From positions 1 through 64,000 of IMG/VR virus record IMGVR_UViG_2524614847_000004: 64,000 nucleotides of DNA; one strand, written 5' to 3'. The DNA is from a virus. Lineage: Duplodnaviria > Caudoviricetes. The position numbers and the translations under genes are program-made. Below the pieces are notes generated by a model. It was not told the DNA's origin and did no database searches. It worked only from the letters and a program-made list of their open reading frames with translations. This document shows positions 23,204 to 35,689 of this stretch, one piece after another (within the stretch, counting starts at the first letter, position 1; every line of letters begins with the position of its first letter).

Positions 23204-24706
23204 AAGTCTCTAACCTTATTAATCCTGACCGTATCATTCTTGATACTCTTATCATTGCAAATATCAAGTACAGCACCGGAGATTCCTTTTGCTCCAGCAG
23301 CCAATCCTTCAAATCTTACCTTTTCCATGTTTTCCTTGATAGTTGCTTCAATTTTCAATTCATCTTCTCTATTCATTTAGACCTCCTATTAAATCACAGA
23401 CATTTCTACCTCTATGTTTTCAATTTCCCTATCATACATATTGACCAATGTCTCAATTAATAATTGTTCAAAATCTTCGCCACATTCTGCTGGTACGATT
23501 ACATTTTGATAGGCTGCTGTTATACTTAATATTCCATTGGACACTCTATTCTTTTGCTCAGTAAGTTTATCTCTTCTATTAATTAATCCTTTGTACTTAC
23601 CAACCCTAATGTTCTGCTCGATATATTCCGCTGTATCCATACCTATAAGCCGCCTCCTTTCTCAGCAAAGTACTGTTTTATGGTAAATTATTCATGTGAT
23701 TCTTCTACAATTTTATAGAATTCACTTGCCTTAATTTCTTTAAACCCTTTTGGATTTTCAAAATCGCTCTCGTGCTCATATGAAGCATAAACCTCGCCAT
23801 TAAGTTCAAATAATCTTGATCTACTTTTACCACAACAAGGAAAGGCGAACTGGATAAATGGCCTATGTAGAACTTTCATATTATTATCTTCTAATATCTT
23901 AAATAAGTCTTTGAAGATTGCAGAATTCTTTTTAAAAGAACTAAGTACATTTACATGAGAATTCTTTTTCATTTGTTTATTAAATGTATCAAAATCTTTT
24001 TGTGTAGGAACTATTGCAAAATGATTTTCTCTCATCCCAATTGCGTATTCGTGCGTTTCAATCCCATTGCTAATCATAAAATCTCTAACAATTTCATTTA
24101 CTTCTTTTGAATTCTGCTGGTAATCCAAATATGCCTTTCTATATTCCGACTCATCTGTTACTATATAAAACTTTTCCATAACTATCTCCTTTACTCTACT
24201 CCACATGCCTTCTTTGCTTTTGCTTCAGTTTCAAATACCTCTTTACTGTTTTTCCAATCGGCAAATCCTGATATGCCGTAATACTTTTTGTTTCCTTCTT
24301 TTCCTATTTCTTCAACAATGCCTTTTTGTATATGTATATCTCCTGTTTTTATAAATACTTCCTGACCTTCTTTAATCATATAATTTCTCCTTCACTCTTT
24401 GGTTTTAATCAAGTCAAGACAATCTTGCAGCCTAAAGCATATATCTCCAATAACTACTTCATTATCTTCTTCACTAAAAATATCAACATGGATCTTCTGC
24501 AAAGTACCTTCATGGCAATCGCCATTCTCCAGAACAACCATAACGCTTTTGCCTATGTCGATCAGATTCCCATGATAATCACACAATTTTACATGAGCCA
24601 TATAACTTACCTCTTTTCTTATAAAATATATCTTTGATAAACTTTTTCTTACTATTTTCATTTTGATTCTTATGCGGTATAATAAAAACAAAAAAGGAGA
24701 ATCAAA

Positions 24707-25249
24707 ATGGATCCTAACACTGTTCAACTTTATGGCATGATAATCACATCATTTGTCGGCATTGCATCTATCATAATTTCCGCATTGACATTGAGACAAA
24801 ATTCAAAAATGATAGAAGAATCAACTCGCCCAGTTATCTCAATTTACGGGGCTATGACAAACTTTGGATCAATGCAGCAATTTTATTTTGTAATTAAAAA
24901 CTTTGGTCAAACACCGGCTACAATAACTAAATTTATTTCTGACTATGACTTTTCAATTAATCAAGCTTATGCTGGTGCCAATGATCACGATTGGTTAAGT
25001 AATTTAAACGGAGCCCACCTTGCTCCAGGACAGTCAAAAATATGCGCTTTAGATTATGATAATATTCGACAACCAGTAACATTCACATTGGAATATAAAA
25101 CCACAACCAAAACTTATAACGAACAAATTACAGTGAATTTGAAAGCTGGGGCCGCAATGCTTGTAGGCAAAAGTGACGCAAAAACCGAAAAAGATGAACT
25201 AAGAAACATATCTTATACTATACAGGAAATGATTCAAAAAAATCTCTAG
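24707..25249 (+). CDS. counter-oriented membrane-anchored protein (moron)
   Basis: N-terminal TM helix, own -10 (TATAAT), AAGGAG RBS and downstream terminator. Confidence 0.8.
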   Translation: MDPNTVQLYGMIITSFVGIASIIISALTLRQNSKMIEESTRPVISIYGAMTNFGSMQQFYFVIKNFGQTPATITKFISDYDFSINQAYAGANDHDWLSNLNGAHLAPGQSKICALDYDNIRQPVTFTLEYKTTTKTYNEQITVNLKAGAAMLVGKSDAKTEKDELRNISYTIQEMIQKNL

Positions 25250-25254
25250 TAACC

Positions 25255-25290
25255 AATCACGGCTAACAATCAATGGCCGTGATTTTTCTT
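25255..25290 (+). terminator. rho-independent terminator
   Basis: AATCACGGCT...GGCCGTGATT stem followed by a T-run. Confidence 0.7.
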
Positions 25291-26363
25291 ATCAAACTGT
25301 TCTTTTATCCTAACTTTGCTAGTTCTTTTTGCATCTCCAAAATATTTTCTTCTAAAAATTTCTTCCTGGAGGCACGTTCTTTCTCTAATTTGAGTGCCTC
25401 CAAAACTTCGTTTACCTTATAGAACGAATCTTCAAATTCCCAGAAATCATGTTCGTCACCCTCCCATGAATGATAAGCGATATTTGTTACCTTTTTAATG
25501 GACACACCAGGAGCCTCCCAGTCGCAGCCATGTCCACAACACTGTTTATCTTCTCTGTAATCCTCGTCAGCAGATGTGCATTCACAATATCCCCATGGTC
25601 TTTCATCAATATCAAAATCTATAACGTATGTAATATCAGAAATATCAGCATAAGTCGTATCGCCCTTTGTTCTATAAAAACTAATCACTACAGACCCATT
25701 ACTATATCCGCCTGTTTCGTCTTTATAGTAAGTTACATTGAAAATACTCCATTCTTTTAAATGGTCTTCTAAATCATCTAGTGGACTAATCTCTAATAAC
25801 TGTACCAGAGGAGCGATCATAAACGGAATATTTAATGATTTCCAGTTTGGATCAGAAGAATTTCTCTCGTTCTCTTCTTTCAGACACTTTGAAACTCTGC
25901 TAATTAAATCCTGTTTCAAGTAGTTATTCATTATTTATCCTCCGTATCTTAATTAAATTAACCTGCTGGATCTAAAGAAAAATGGATATGCGCTATAAAA
26001 TGACGCTAACGATTCCAAATCGTTATTGAATGTAATATCTTCACCATAATCCTCTATGAATTTCTTGTGTGACTTGATAAAATCATCGCCTAATTTTCTT
26101 ACTTCATCACTGCGCTTATTTTTTTCAGCGATTAATCTTTCACGCTTTGCTCTTTCGGCAGCAATAGCCTTTTCATGATTTAAACACTCCTGTTCTGAAT
26201 TAAATACCTTGTTATCATCTGACATATATCTCATGCTTTTTCTCCTTTAAATGTTGATTTCAACGTTATTTATCTTTGTCCTTTTTATGAGTTTCCTTGT
26301 ATGTATCACATATCTTTTCAATTACTGCCACAACTGCCGCAATTGCAATTATTATAACCCAGC

Positions 26364-26564
26364 CTAAATCACCCATCTTTCCTCCCATCTGTTATTCCAA
26401 CTCTCAATAGCCCACTCTTCCTGATCTGGATTGCCAATATTGGCTCCACAGTTCTGCCACTCTACAAAGAAACCACCATATCTGCTTTTATATACCTCTA
26501 TCCAATCATCTCCACAGAATGGACATTTTTTTGCTTCAATTCTTTTTTGTTTCTTTCTATCCAT
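26364..26564 (-). CDS. Lar-family restriction alleviation protein
   Basis: KKCPFCG...(W)QNCGA...AIESWNNR signature; second CxxC is degenerate. Confidence 0.7.
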   Translation of the reverse strand: MDRKKQKRIEAKKCPFCGDDWIEVYKSRYGGFFVEWQNCGANIGNPDQEEWAIESWNNRWEERWVI

Positions 26565-29500
26565 TAAAACCTCGATCCTGCTTAAGATCTAATGTTACAC
26601 AGTTCCCGTCACCCTTTATGTATTCAATGGTATATGTACCTAAATTTCCATTGGCATTAATCATTATCTGGTCACCCAACTGATAATACTGCTTATATTC
26701 GCTCCACTTGACAAAATGTTTTTCAAATATATTATCGGGGATAAATAACAGAACTCCATTATATTCAATTGATGCGTAACCATGTGGTACAGAATAGTAA
26801 TCCTTTATTTCAAATTCACTTCCCATCTCTTTGAGATCTAAAGCTCCTAATCTTGATTCTTTAATTTGAACCCACTTTTCACCGACATTTCCGTATATGT
26901 CAATCACCTCTTTTCCCCTTGAAAGGTTTGTTTTATCGACTTTTATAAAATACCTTCTTATACCAAGGTAAATTAATATAGTCAATTATTTCATTGATTT
27001 TATCTATAACACACGGTTCTCCATTCTTCTTTATAACTGAAACCACCTCTTGTCCTGTTGGAATATGTAGGGTATTGGGATAATCGTTTGCTTTTATTTC
27101 AATCTTTTTACCTATTACCTTTTCTTCGTGTATATAGTTTAGATGGTATATTTTGGTTTTCAAGTCTATCCTCCAATCAAAGTATTATTTTATTTCTATT
27201 TCTCCGAATTTTAATCCTTCACATATGGCTATCTTAATCCCATGATATGTCGTAAACCCATTTGCGTATATCGTATAGCCATTTTTAAATTCAGATTCAA
27301 TAACATCTTTTGTTTCCTTATTCATTATTAAATACGAATTTTCTCGGTAATATGGTGTTAATTTAAAATTAGAAATCAAATGGTTTAAAACATTAATATC
27401 TATACTATTTTTTACAATATTAATCATATTAGTATTCTCCTATATTCTGAATGAATCGTTACTTTCATGTGCCTTTTATGTTCTTACAAATGTATCATCA
27501 TAGTCAAAATCAGAACAAGAAGGATTGTTCACGTCCACTAAATAGTGGATATCGTTATCACAATACGCACTGCCTTCTGTATATTCTTGGCAGTTACAGT
27601 GATAACAGTATTTACAAATATATCTAACTGTTTCTTCTATATTACTGGTTTCCCTTCTCAATTTTAGCTACCTCCTCCACAATAGGGTTCGCCAGGATTC
27701 CATTTGATCGGTTGCCATGGTTCATAATTTGGTGTAACGTATGTAGGGCTGTAATCACTGTCATCTTCAGAAGTTTCTTCTCTGGTTACTTTTTCAATCA
27801 GATTCCCGTCCTTATCAAACTTTTCAGTAGTTTCCTTAATTGTCGTTTTTACCATTATTCATTCTCCTTATTAAAATGCTTTATCAATAATAAATTCAGC
27901 TAAATCACTTGTTGTTTCTTCTGTAAATTCTTCAAAGTCTTCCATTGTCATAGTTCCATATGAGAATGCGGTCTTGTCTCTCGTAAGGTTGTAGGCGTAT
28001 GTATCTGTGTAAATGCTGAAATAGTCGTTCAGAACTGATATTAGATTATCTTTATCCATTGCCGTTTCATATTCCAATAATCTACTTGCCAGCGAAGCAA
28101 TGATACCTATCTCATATTTATCTATTCTATATATTGAATATCCATACTCGTCTAAGACATCAATTGATCCATCTTCATTCTTTTCTAGCATTTTGTTCAT
28201 CAATAAATCCTCTCTTTCATGTATCAACAACATAATTCATAATCATATATTTTCTGTTGTGTCCTGGTTCCGTCATTCCATTCCAGCGAATCATCATTCC
28301 ATATTTTACGAGGATTATCCAAATCAATTTCTTTATTTTTTACCTTAATGATAATATCAAAAAACCTATTTAAGCCCTCAAAAATCCTTTCATGCTTATT
28401 TTTCACCTCAACTTCATACCAACCACTACCATATGACTTTAGTCTAATCTCTAATGATATTGTTAGACCCTCATTAGATTTACTACAACCATCTAAATGT
28501 AAATAGATTCTATCTTCATCACTTAAATTTGTATAAGCTCCGTAATGACTTTCTTTTAATTCATTTCCAATTGAATCGATTTTTCTAAGCAAAATATTTT
28601 CTTCTTCTGTAAGCCTGATGAAATCCTCGTCATAATATTTAAATTGGGACTCCCTTTCTTCATGCGGGATTTCTTCATAACTTCCGCCCTTATCATAACT
28701 GAATCCGCCAAATGAATCCGGATAACAAACGAGTTTTCCGCATTTACAGGTGTATCTATCTTGGTACTTCTTTCTTGAGTCGTAAATTATTTTAAATTTA
28801 TCTTTACAATCTCTACACGCAACTAACCTTTCCCTATACATTTATTCTCCTTTGAAATCGTCATTTTAAAGTTACTTAAGCTGCTGATTCCAACATTCTC
28901 CACATATCTCGTCAGGAGTCTGTCCAGCTTCAAAACCCTTACAATACTTAGTGCACTCATTTTCAAATAAATTAATATATCCGAAATAACATTGCTCATA
29001 TGGGCAACCGATAACCCCTCCACCACAAGCATCACTAATTCTATTAGGAAAATAGTATTCAACAATTTCTTTTGGTGTATTAAACACCTTTGCTTTCTCC
29101 ATAATCCCTCCTTGAAATCATTCTTTCAAATTCAATCTTTTAAGATTGCATAAAATACTAAACAAAATTTGAATAAGTCTTTTGGGCATATAGATTTTTG
29201 TACAGTATATAAACACATCATCATAGTCACCTAATTTTTTCTTTTCCTCTAAAGCTTGATTATAACTTTCGAATGTCTTTAGATACTCACTACCCTTTTC
29301 GTATATAAAACTGCTAATTCCGTTTTTAGAAACACCAAGCATATATTTTTTTGTCACTTTAAAATCCTCCTTTTTCATATGTTTAAAAATAGGTTTACCA
29401 TCTACATTATAAAAGGTAGGTTTATCATTTTCGTCATATTTGACTATATATGGACGATCACATAAGCTAACTATACCCATAAATTCTTTCTCTGTTATTT

Positions 29501-29745
29501 CCTCAAAATTATCTGCATCTAAAAAAGAGACTTGATAGCCACAATTTTCTTGTCTTACGCTATAGCCCAATGTTAAATAATACTGCTCTGCTCTAAAGTA
29601 TCTACCATCATAGCCAAGTATTTTAAACACAAGGTGGTTGATGTCATTGTTTTGCTTGAAATATCTTCCAATATAATTGCTATAATTTATACTACTTTTC
29701 ACTCTCGTTCTCCTATTCTATCTAGCTATAAATCTTTAATTTCAT

Positions 29746-30246
29746 TTATTTTTTTCTTTCAACAACCACAATTGTATCGTTATGCCAGCCGCCATGAGGA
29801 ACCAATAAGATTTCTTCAATTTCGAATCCATACTTTTTACCAATTCCTCCGCTATTCCAGCTACAGGTAATAACTATTCCGTTTTCTTTAACTATTCTCC
29901 CTATCTGCTCTTTGTGTTTAGACCAATAACTTGCTTGTGTTGTCTGCATGTTTACCGTCTGTCCTAAATCTTTATAGCACTCGCTTACTTGTCTTGGTGA
30001 ATAGGGTGGGTCATAAAGCACTGTATCCACAGAATTGTCCTCAAATAGTTTTAGAAACTCTAGAGCATCCATATGATAATCAGTATTATATTGTAAGTCT
30101 AAGTCATTTGTAATTGATGCTATTTTATTGCTATTTGCAAATGGATCTATAATTTTTCCAAAAGCATATTTATGGATTAATTCACTGATTGGTTTAATAG
30201 AAAAAGTCTTACTATTTGGCATTTGCCATACTCTGTTCATTTCCAT
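29746..30246 (-). CDS. small adenine-specific DNA methyltransferase
   Basis: IIDPFAN, DALEFL and YDPPYS catalytic motif. Confidence 0.85.
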   Translation of the reverse strand: MEMNRVWQMPNSKTFSIKPISELIHKYAFGKIIDPFANSNKIASITNDLDLQYNTDYHMDALEFLKLFEDNSVDTVLYDPPYSPRQVSECYKDLGQTVNMQTTQASYWSKHKEQIGRIVKENGIVITCSWNSGGIGKKYGFEIEEILLVPHGGWHNDTIVVVERKK

Positions 30247-31305
30247 TATGTATTAGGAGCAAATCATGATTTATTGTCCGGACAAACCTCTTTTCCTCCT
30301 ATCTTTGTTTTCCGCATAAAAGCGGAGTTTGCTTTCATATTACATATTCTTACATGGATAACCGGCTTGAAATAAGCCTACAGAAATGTTATATTAGACA
30401 TAACACTCATGCTATCCGCTAGGTGTTGCTTACTGACAGGTGGAGTTGGCGACCAAACTTCCTTCACCTGTCTTTTTTAATTATCAATTCAATCTCCCTC
30501 AAAAATTCAATCATATTTTCATCTCTTCCAGAAAACGACTCTCCACTTGTCTTGATCTGATACTCCCATTCATCTTTTGAAGCAATTTCAACTGGTATGT
30601 CGCAATAACATACTGTTCCTGATGGTACACTCCATGCTGGCCCAAAACAGGATTTCTCTTTTACGTATTCTTTTGTCAACATCTTTAAATGATTCTGGCA
30701 GCCTTGTTTATATAATCTTGAGTTATTCCTTCTACAGTAGTCCACCCTTGGATATTTTACTCCATCTATCTCCATCTGTTTAAACTTATTTACCACAAGT
30801 AAGACACCGCCAGTAATTCTATATATGTCCTGATAATCTGACTGAACTACAACGTCCATTAACAACTCTCCTTTCTTTAGAGAATTCCGATTCTATTCAT
30901 ATTTCTCAATTTTAGAAGTATATATCTCGCAAGATTTCTTCCCAATTCTGTAGGCAAAGAATTTATCACATGTACGGCATCTACATTCTCCGAATCATTT
31001 ATTTCCTTTATAAGATTAATCAGACTTTCAAATTTTATTGAATCGAAAGTATTTATTTTAACACCCCCTGTTTTATGTCATAGTTTTCTCTTTTCACTTA
31101 TCTACCTCAATTTCTAATAAAATGCACCTTTAGTTGTATTGTAAATCTCTGTTTAGCTTACTTACAATTATCTAATTACTTGCTATTTTCTTTACTTTAC
31201 TTTTTAATTATGATACACTTAATTTACCTTCTCTGAGCCGATTAGCTGCTCCTGCAATAATTAAAAAAATTGTAGTTGCAACTATTTAAGTAGGAGGTGG
31301 CCATC

Positions 31306-31368
31306 ATGAAGGAATTTATCTACATATTGGTATTGGTAATGGCTCTAAAAATTGTTTTTACAATTTAA
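31306..31368 (+). CDS. 20-aa hydrophobic peptide, type I toxin candidate (MKEFIYILVLVMALKIVFTI)
   Basis: Strong RBS AGGAGGTG; 5'/3' UTR complementarity; own terminator; below the ORF-track size cut-off. Confidence 0.7.
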   Translation: MKEFIYILVLVMALKIVFTI

Positions 31369-31473
31369 TATGTACAATGACCTAAGTCAAATTATAACAG
31401 GCTGTGGGTTGGCTCTCATATAGGAGTAGCCGCTCAGCATATGCCTAAAGAAGTAAAAGACTTACTCATTGGA

Positions 31474-31508
31474 GAAACAAGGCGGGGATTCCTGTCTTGT
31501 TTCTTTTT
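31474..31508 (+). terminator. rho-independent terminator of the peptide locus
   Basis: AGAAACAAGGCGGG-GATT-CCTGTCTTGTTTCT followed by T-run. Confidence 0.8.
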
Positions 31509-31878
31509 ATGATGCTAAACTTTATGTCCCTTTTCTCTGGTAGGATCCGAGAAATCTTAATTTTCGTTACGATCAAATAACATTTCACAAACCGTATCGG
31601 CAAGCCAATCCACCGAATCAATTTCTACACCATTTTCATCATACAGGGTGGCCTCTATCATATCGACACATTCATCTAGCTTCATTCTTTTCCCATTATT
31701 CAATTCAAAAAGTAACATTCCAATCTCCTTTCCCACTAATTTATCCTTCTATTAAAATCCTATCGGTTTTTGTTGCCATATTTTATTTTCTTAAGAACCC
31801 TATTTATCCTTTTCATATAACTTGACTTTATATTATTTACTTATATAATATAATTATTAAAATCATGGAGGTAAACCT

Positions 31879-32346
31879 ATGGATCTAAATACTCAAGTTA
31901 AATTCGCTAGCATTTATTCAAATTTTAGCAATGAAGCACACACATGTTCAGATATCGGGACTCTAATAGAATTAATCAGATTTAATAAACACACCATATC
32001 TAATGAAGCAAAAAGAACACTTCTTCAAATACCACTAGTAGTACTAAGTACTCAAGTAAACTTAAAAAATGAAACCGAATGGGCTGTTAAAAATAGTGAC
32101 TATTTTTCTGGAAACTGCCCAAATAATTCTTATCAGTCAATTTTCGCAAGTAAAGATTTTAATTTAGATACTATGGTGACTTTTTTAAAGGACATAATGT
32201 CAGATGACCAAAAGTTAAATAGCGACTTTTAATTACGTAATCCTGAAGTAACTCTACGAGACGACGTAAAAACAATGGATGCTTCGTGCTTCAATAAATG
32301 TGGTAAAATTTATGCTAGAATTATGGAAAAGGCATTCGAGCTGTAA
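31879..32346 (+). pseudogene. counter-oriented moron gene with an internal in-frame TAA
   Basis: Consensus promoter (TTGACT/TATAAT) and GGAGGT RBS; the frame continues 37 codons past the TAA at 32230 to a stop just before a terminator. Confidence 0.6.
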
Positions 32347-32473
32347 TATCCTTATCGAACGGTGGCGATACTCTACTACTGTTCGATATTTTTTATTTAA
32401 TATAAAATAATGATTTTGTTTTAATTCTTTACTCCTGTAATTTTTGAAATTAAATCCATTGACTAACTCTTTG

Positions 32474-33247
32474 TCATATTTGTTTTCTCTTTAATAGTAT
32501 TTTTACATGTGTATTGTCTCTTAAATCGATATCAAAATCTTTCTTAATCCTATCCTTTGTAAATGGTAGAATATAATGATTAAAATAAATTATTTCATAA
32601 GTATCAGGAATCATATTTAAAAAACATTCTACAGTGATAGGAAGATAATTCTCTCTAAGTTCTCTTTCCCAGTTTTCTACATAACTATATTTAAGCAAAT
32701 AATGAACCAAATTTCTTCTAGTAGAAATATTTCCCCAAACGGATATGAAGTCACTTAGCTGTTTACTATTTGTTCTCTTTTGTAGCTTTAATATATCATT
32801 AATTTCTGCCTCGGCATTAATCGCATAGCTACTCATTAAATCTCTAATAGAAATATATTTAAATCCACCGTTAAATACATTTGACCAAAATTCTTCAATA
32901 GTATTACTTGACGAATAAGAATACACTTCATGGATCACGCTACTTAAATTTAATAGAGATGTATTATTATTTGCTATATCAGTTATTTTCTCAAAAAATT
33001 CAGCGGCCTTACAATTTCTTTTAGCAAGTTCTATCATCATATAATCATTGTCTATTCCCTTTAACTTCCACTCTGGAAAATCATTATGTACTTGCGCTAA
33101 AATTTGTCCATCAGCACAGCCAAAGTCAACAAATGTATCTATTGAATCATCGATTAGTCCCTCGAAAAACAATTTATCTTTAATAGACTTTTTCATTCCA
33201 GAATTATATATTTTATAATCTTTAATCGACGTGTTAATTTTTCTCAC
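32474..33247 (-). CDS. class I SAM-dependent methyltransferase
   Basis: FVDFGCADG motif I, GID, NLSSVIHE. Confidence 0.85.
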   Translation of the reverse strand: MRKINTSIKDYKIYNSGMKKSIKDKLFFEGLIDDSIDTFVDFGCADGQILAQVHNDFPEWKLKGIDNDYMMIELAKRNCKAAEFFEKITDIANNNTSLLNLSSVIHEVYSYSSSNTIEEFWSNVFNGGFKYISIRDLMSSYAINAEAEINDILKLQKRTNSKQLSDFISVWGNISTRRNLVHYLLKYSYVENWERELRENYLPITVECFLNMIPDTYEIIYFNHYILPFTKDRIKKDFDIDLRDNTHVKILLKRKQI

Positions 33248-33646
33248 TCCTTTCTCATAAACAAAGATTTTATGTAAAAATACTAATTTTCTTCTTCAAA
33301 CGGATCAGGACAAAACACCTTATCCCGCCATGTCAGTTTCTTATAGTTTGCCTCACAGGTTGGGCACTTGTGACCCACAATCACAGCGTCTGCCGCACCG
33401 GGATAATAACCACCCAGGCTATCTCCTACCTGCTCTCCGCACCTTGCACAATTAAAGTATCCAAAGCAGAACTTCTGGATTTTACTGTGACCAATAAGGC
33501 TACAAGTAATCTCCTTTTTCTGCTCATCATCAGTAACTCCTAACATATCTAATTTTTCATGAAGTTCCTTTTCATCTTGAATTTCTAATCTTGCCATCTT
33601 TCTTCCTCCTATTTCTCCATTGAAAGGTTCATTTTATCAGCGGTTA

Positions 33647-34840
33647 CTAACCAGCTCTCCTTATCCTTCTTAATTCGTCTTCTAGCTTTGCTATTTGCCT
33701 ATTAAGATTTCTTTCTTCCAATCCATTTCGACATCTTCTTACATGGCTTCTCAAATCTACTATTTCACGCCTGATACGTTCCTCTGGTGTTACTTCTCTC
33801 ACTCGCTCCACACTTGTCGTAGTTAGATTTGAGCTAATAATACCAGCTTGAGTTGAAAGATTTCTCCATGCTTCCATAAAACTATCCGAAAAATCAGTTC
33901 CCAAAACTCTTGTGTTGCTACTAAATTCAACTCCCATTCCGTTAAAATTAGTTTCTAAAGACTGAAATTTCATTCGAAGAAGACGCTTAGATTCTTCATC
34001 TTTTTTCTTTATCTCTTCTCTTTCAAAAATGTATCCGTTCAACTCATTAGAAAATTGAGTTTTAATCTTATCCCATGTTACATACTGAATTTCATAAATG
34101 TCCGTTTCTTTTGCAATTTTTACCATTGCACAAACGAATTCCAACGTACTAATGTATGTATTGTAATTCAGAGTCCCCTTGAAAATTCGAATCTCTACGG
34201 TGTCTTTATGTTTTAAATTAATTGCACCATATTTATCTGATGCCTGGGACTTAGCGTATAAATCAATAGGAGTGTCATCTTCTTCAAGTAAAAATCTCCT
34301 GGCAAATCTGTTACTGGATCTTCTGGCGATTAACTCTACTTTATCCCAGTACTTTTCGAACAAATACAGTAATTTACTAATACACAGATCTCTCGTAAGC
34401 TTGTCTTCCCCAAAAAAGCTCCTGTTAATATGAACATGCAGCCCGCAAGTTGAAGTATCATGTGAACGATATTTATTTTTTACCAACCATTCAAACATTT
34501 CTTCATAATCTAACTGTTTGTGATAATCGAGCGTACATGGGTGGGTCACTATTTCAAATCCATCATTTAGACTGCCATCGTGTTTGCAATAAATATTCTC
34601 ACTTTCTCTATTCATGACATTGCAAATATGTCTCGCCTTATCCTCATCTTCTCCGCCACTATCAATTTCTAATTCAACGCCAAGATATAGTCTATCTTCA
34701 TCTGCAACTTCATGAAACATGTACTCTTTTGGTATATAATTCCATGATTTTATGTATTTTTTAATGCCAGCTAATTTTTGATCTTGATAAAAACATCTAT
34801 TATATAATCTGTTAAAATCCCATTCGCCCTCGATCGGCAT
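33647..34840 (-). CDS. amidoligase family protein (COOH-NH2 ligase type 2)
   Basis: GVELEI, HDGSL, GFEIVT, TCGLHVH, KY..IN, EIRIFKGTL motifs. Confidence 0.85.
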   Translation of the reverse strand: MPIEGEWDFNRLYNRCFYQDQKLAGIKKYIKSWNYIPKEYMFHEVADEDRLYLGVELEIDSGGEDEDKARHICNVMNRESENIYCKHDGSLNDGFEIVTHPCTLDYHKQLDYEEMFEWLVKNKYRSHDTSTCGLHVHINRSFFGEDKLTRDLCISKLLYLFEKYWDKVELIARRSSNRFARRFLLEEDDTPIDLYAKSQASDKYGAINLKHKDTVEIRIFKGTLNYNTYISTLEFVCAMVKIAKETDIYEIQYVTWDKIKTQFSNELNGYIFEREEIKKKDEESKRLLRMKFQSLETNFNGMGVEFSSNTRVLGTDFSDSFMEAWRNLSTQAGIISSNLTTTSVERVREVTPEERIRREIVDLRSHVRRCRNGLEERNLNRQIAKLEDELRRIRRAG

Positions 34841-35689
34841 CTAATCACCTACTTTCTAAACAAAACACGAGTTTTCTCGTAACTACTAACTCCGGTTCCC
34901 AACATGATTATACATTCCAAGTTCTTCAAGCGCATTTGCAATCTCATTTTTAAAGTCGCTTGGTTCTTGTTCATAATCATCTAACATCTCATCAATCTCG
35001 AATTTATTACGTAGACATATGTACAAATACTCAGCTAATCCGATGACTGAAAAACCATCTACCTCAATATCTGAAAATCTTTGCATATTACCATTTAAGT
35101 AATGGCAAAATCCGTCTGCTCCAACAAAAACTTTTGTGTCCTTTTTAATTATTTCCTTATAACCAAAACACTTTTTAACCTCATCATCTTCCTTATATTG
35201 AAGCATTTGTCCGATACCATAAACCACTTTCTTATCACTCATATTTTTCTCCTCTCATTTTTCTAAGCAAATACGCACTTAATAAAATCATTAGCGGCTT
35301 CCGATATTGATTTGGTATTTCTAATCACATTTTTTATGTATAGTTGGTATGTATATTTATCATTGGAAAATTTAATATCAACTGCATCAAAGACTTTTGA
35401 TATGCTTAAATTCTTAATATTACTCATATCCAAGTATTCTAAAGGCTTCTTATCAATGCTATCTTCTAAAATAACTTGTCCATCAAAGAGTTCGGCCTTA
35501 TATCTGCCAAACTTATACATCTTTCGTGTTGCATCATTAGCTTTCGATAACAACATATCATTGCCCCCATTATCAATAACCAATTTTATAATTTTTGCTG
35601 CATTATTCATTCTATATCTCCTTTAGGTTTGTATTTTCTCATTATTGTCTTATAATTTAAACGCCATCCACGGCGTCTAAATTATTACA

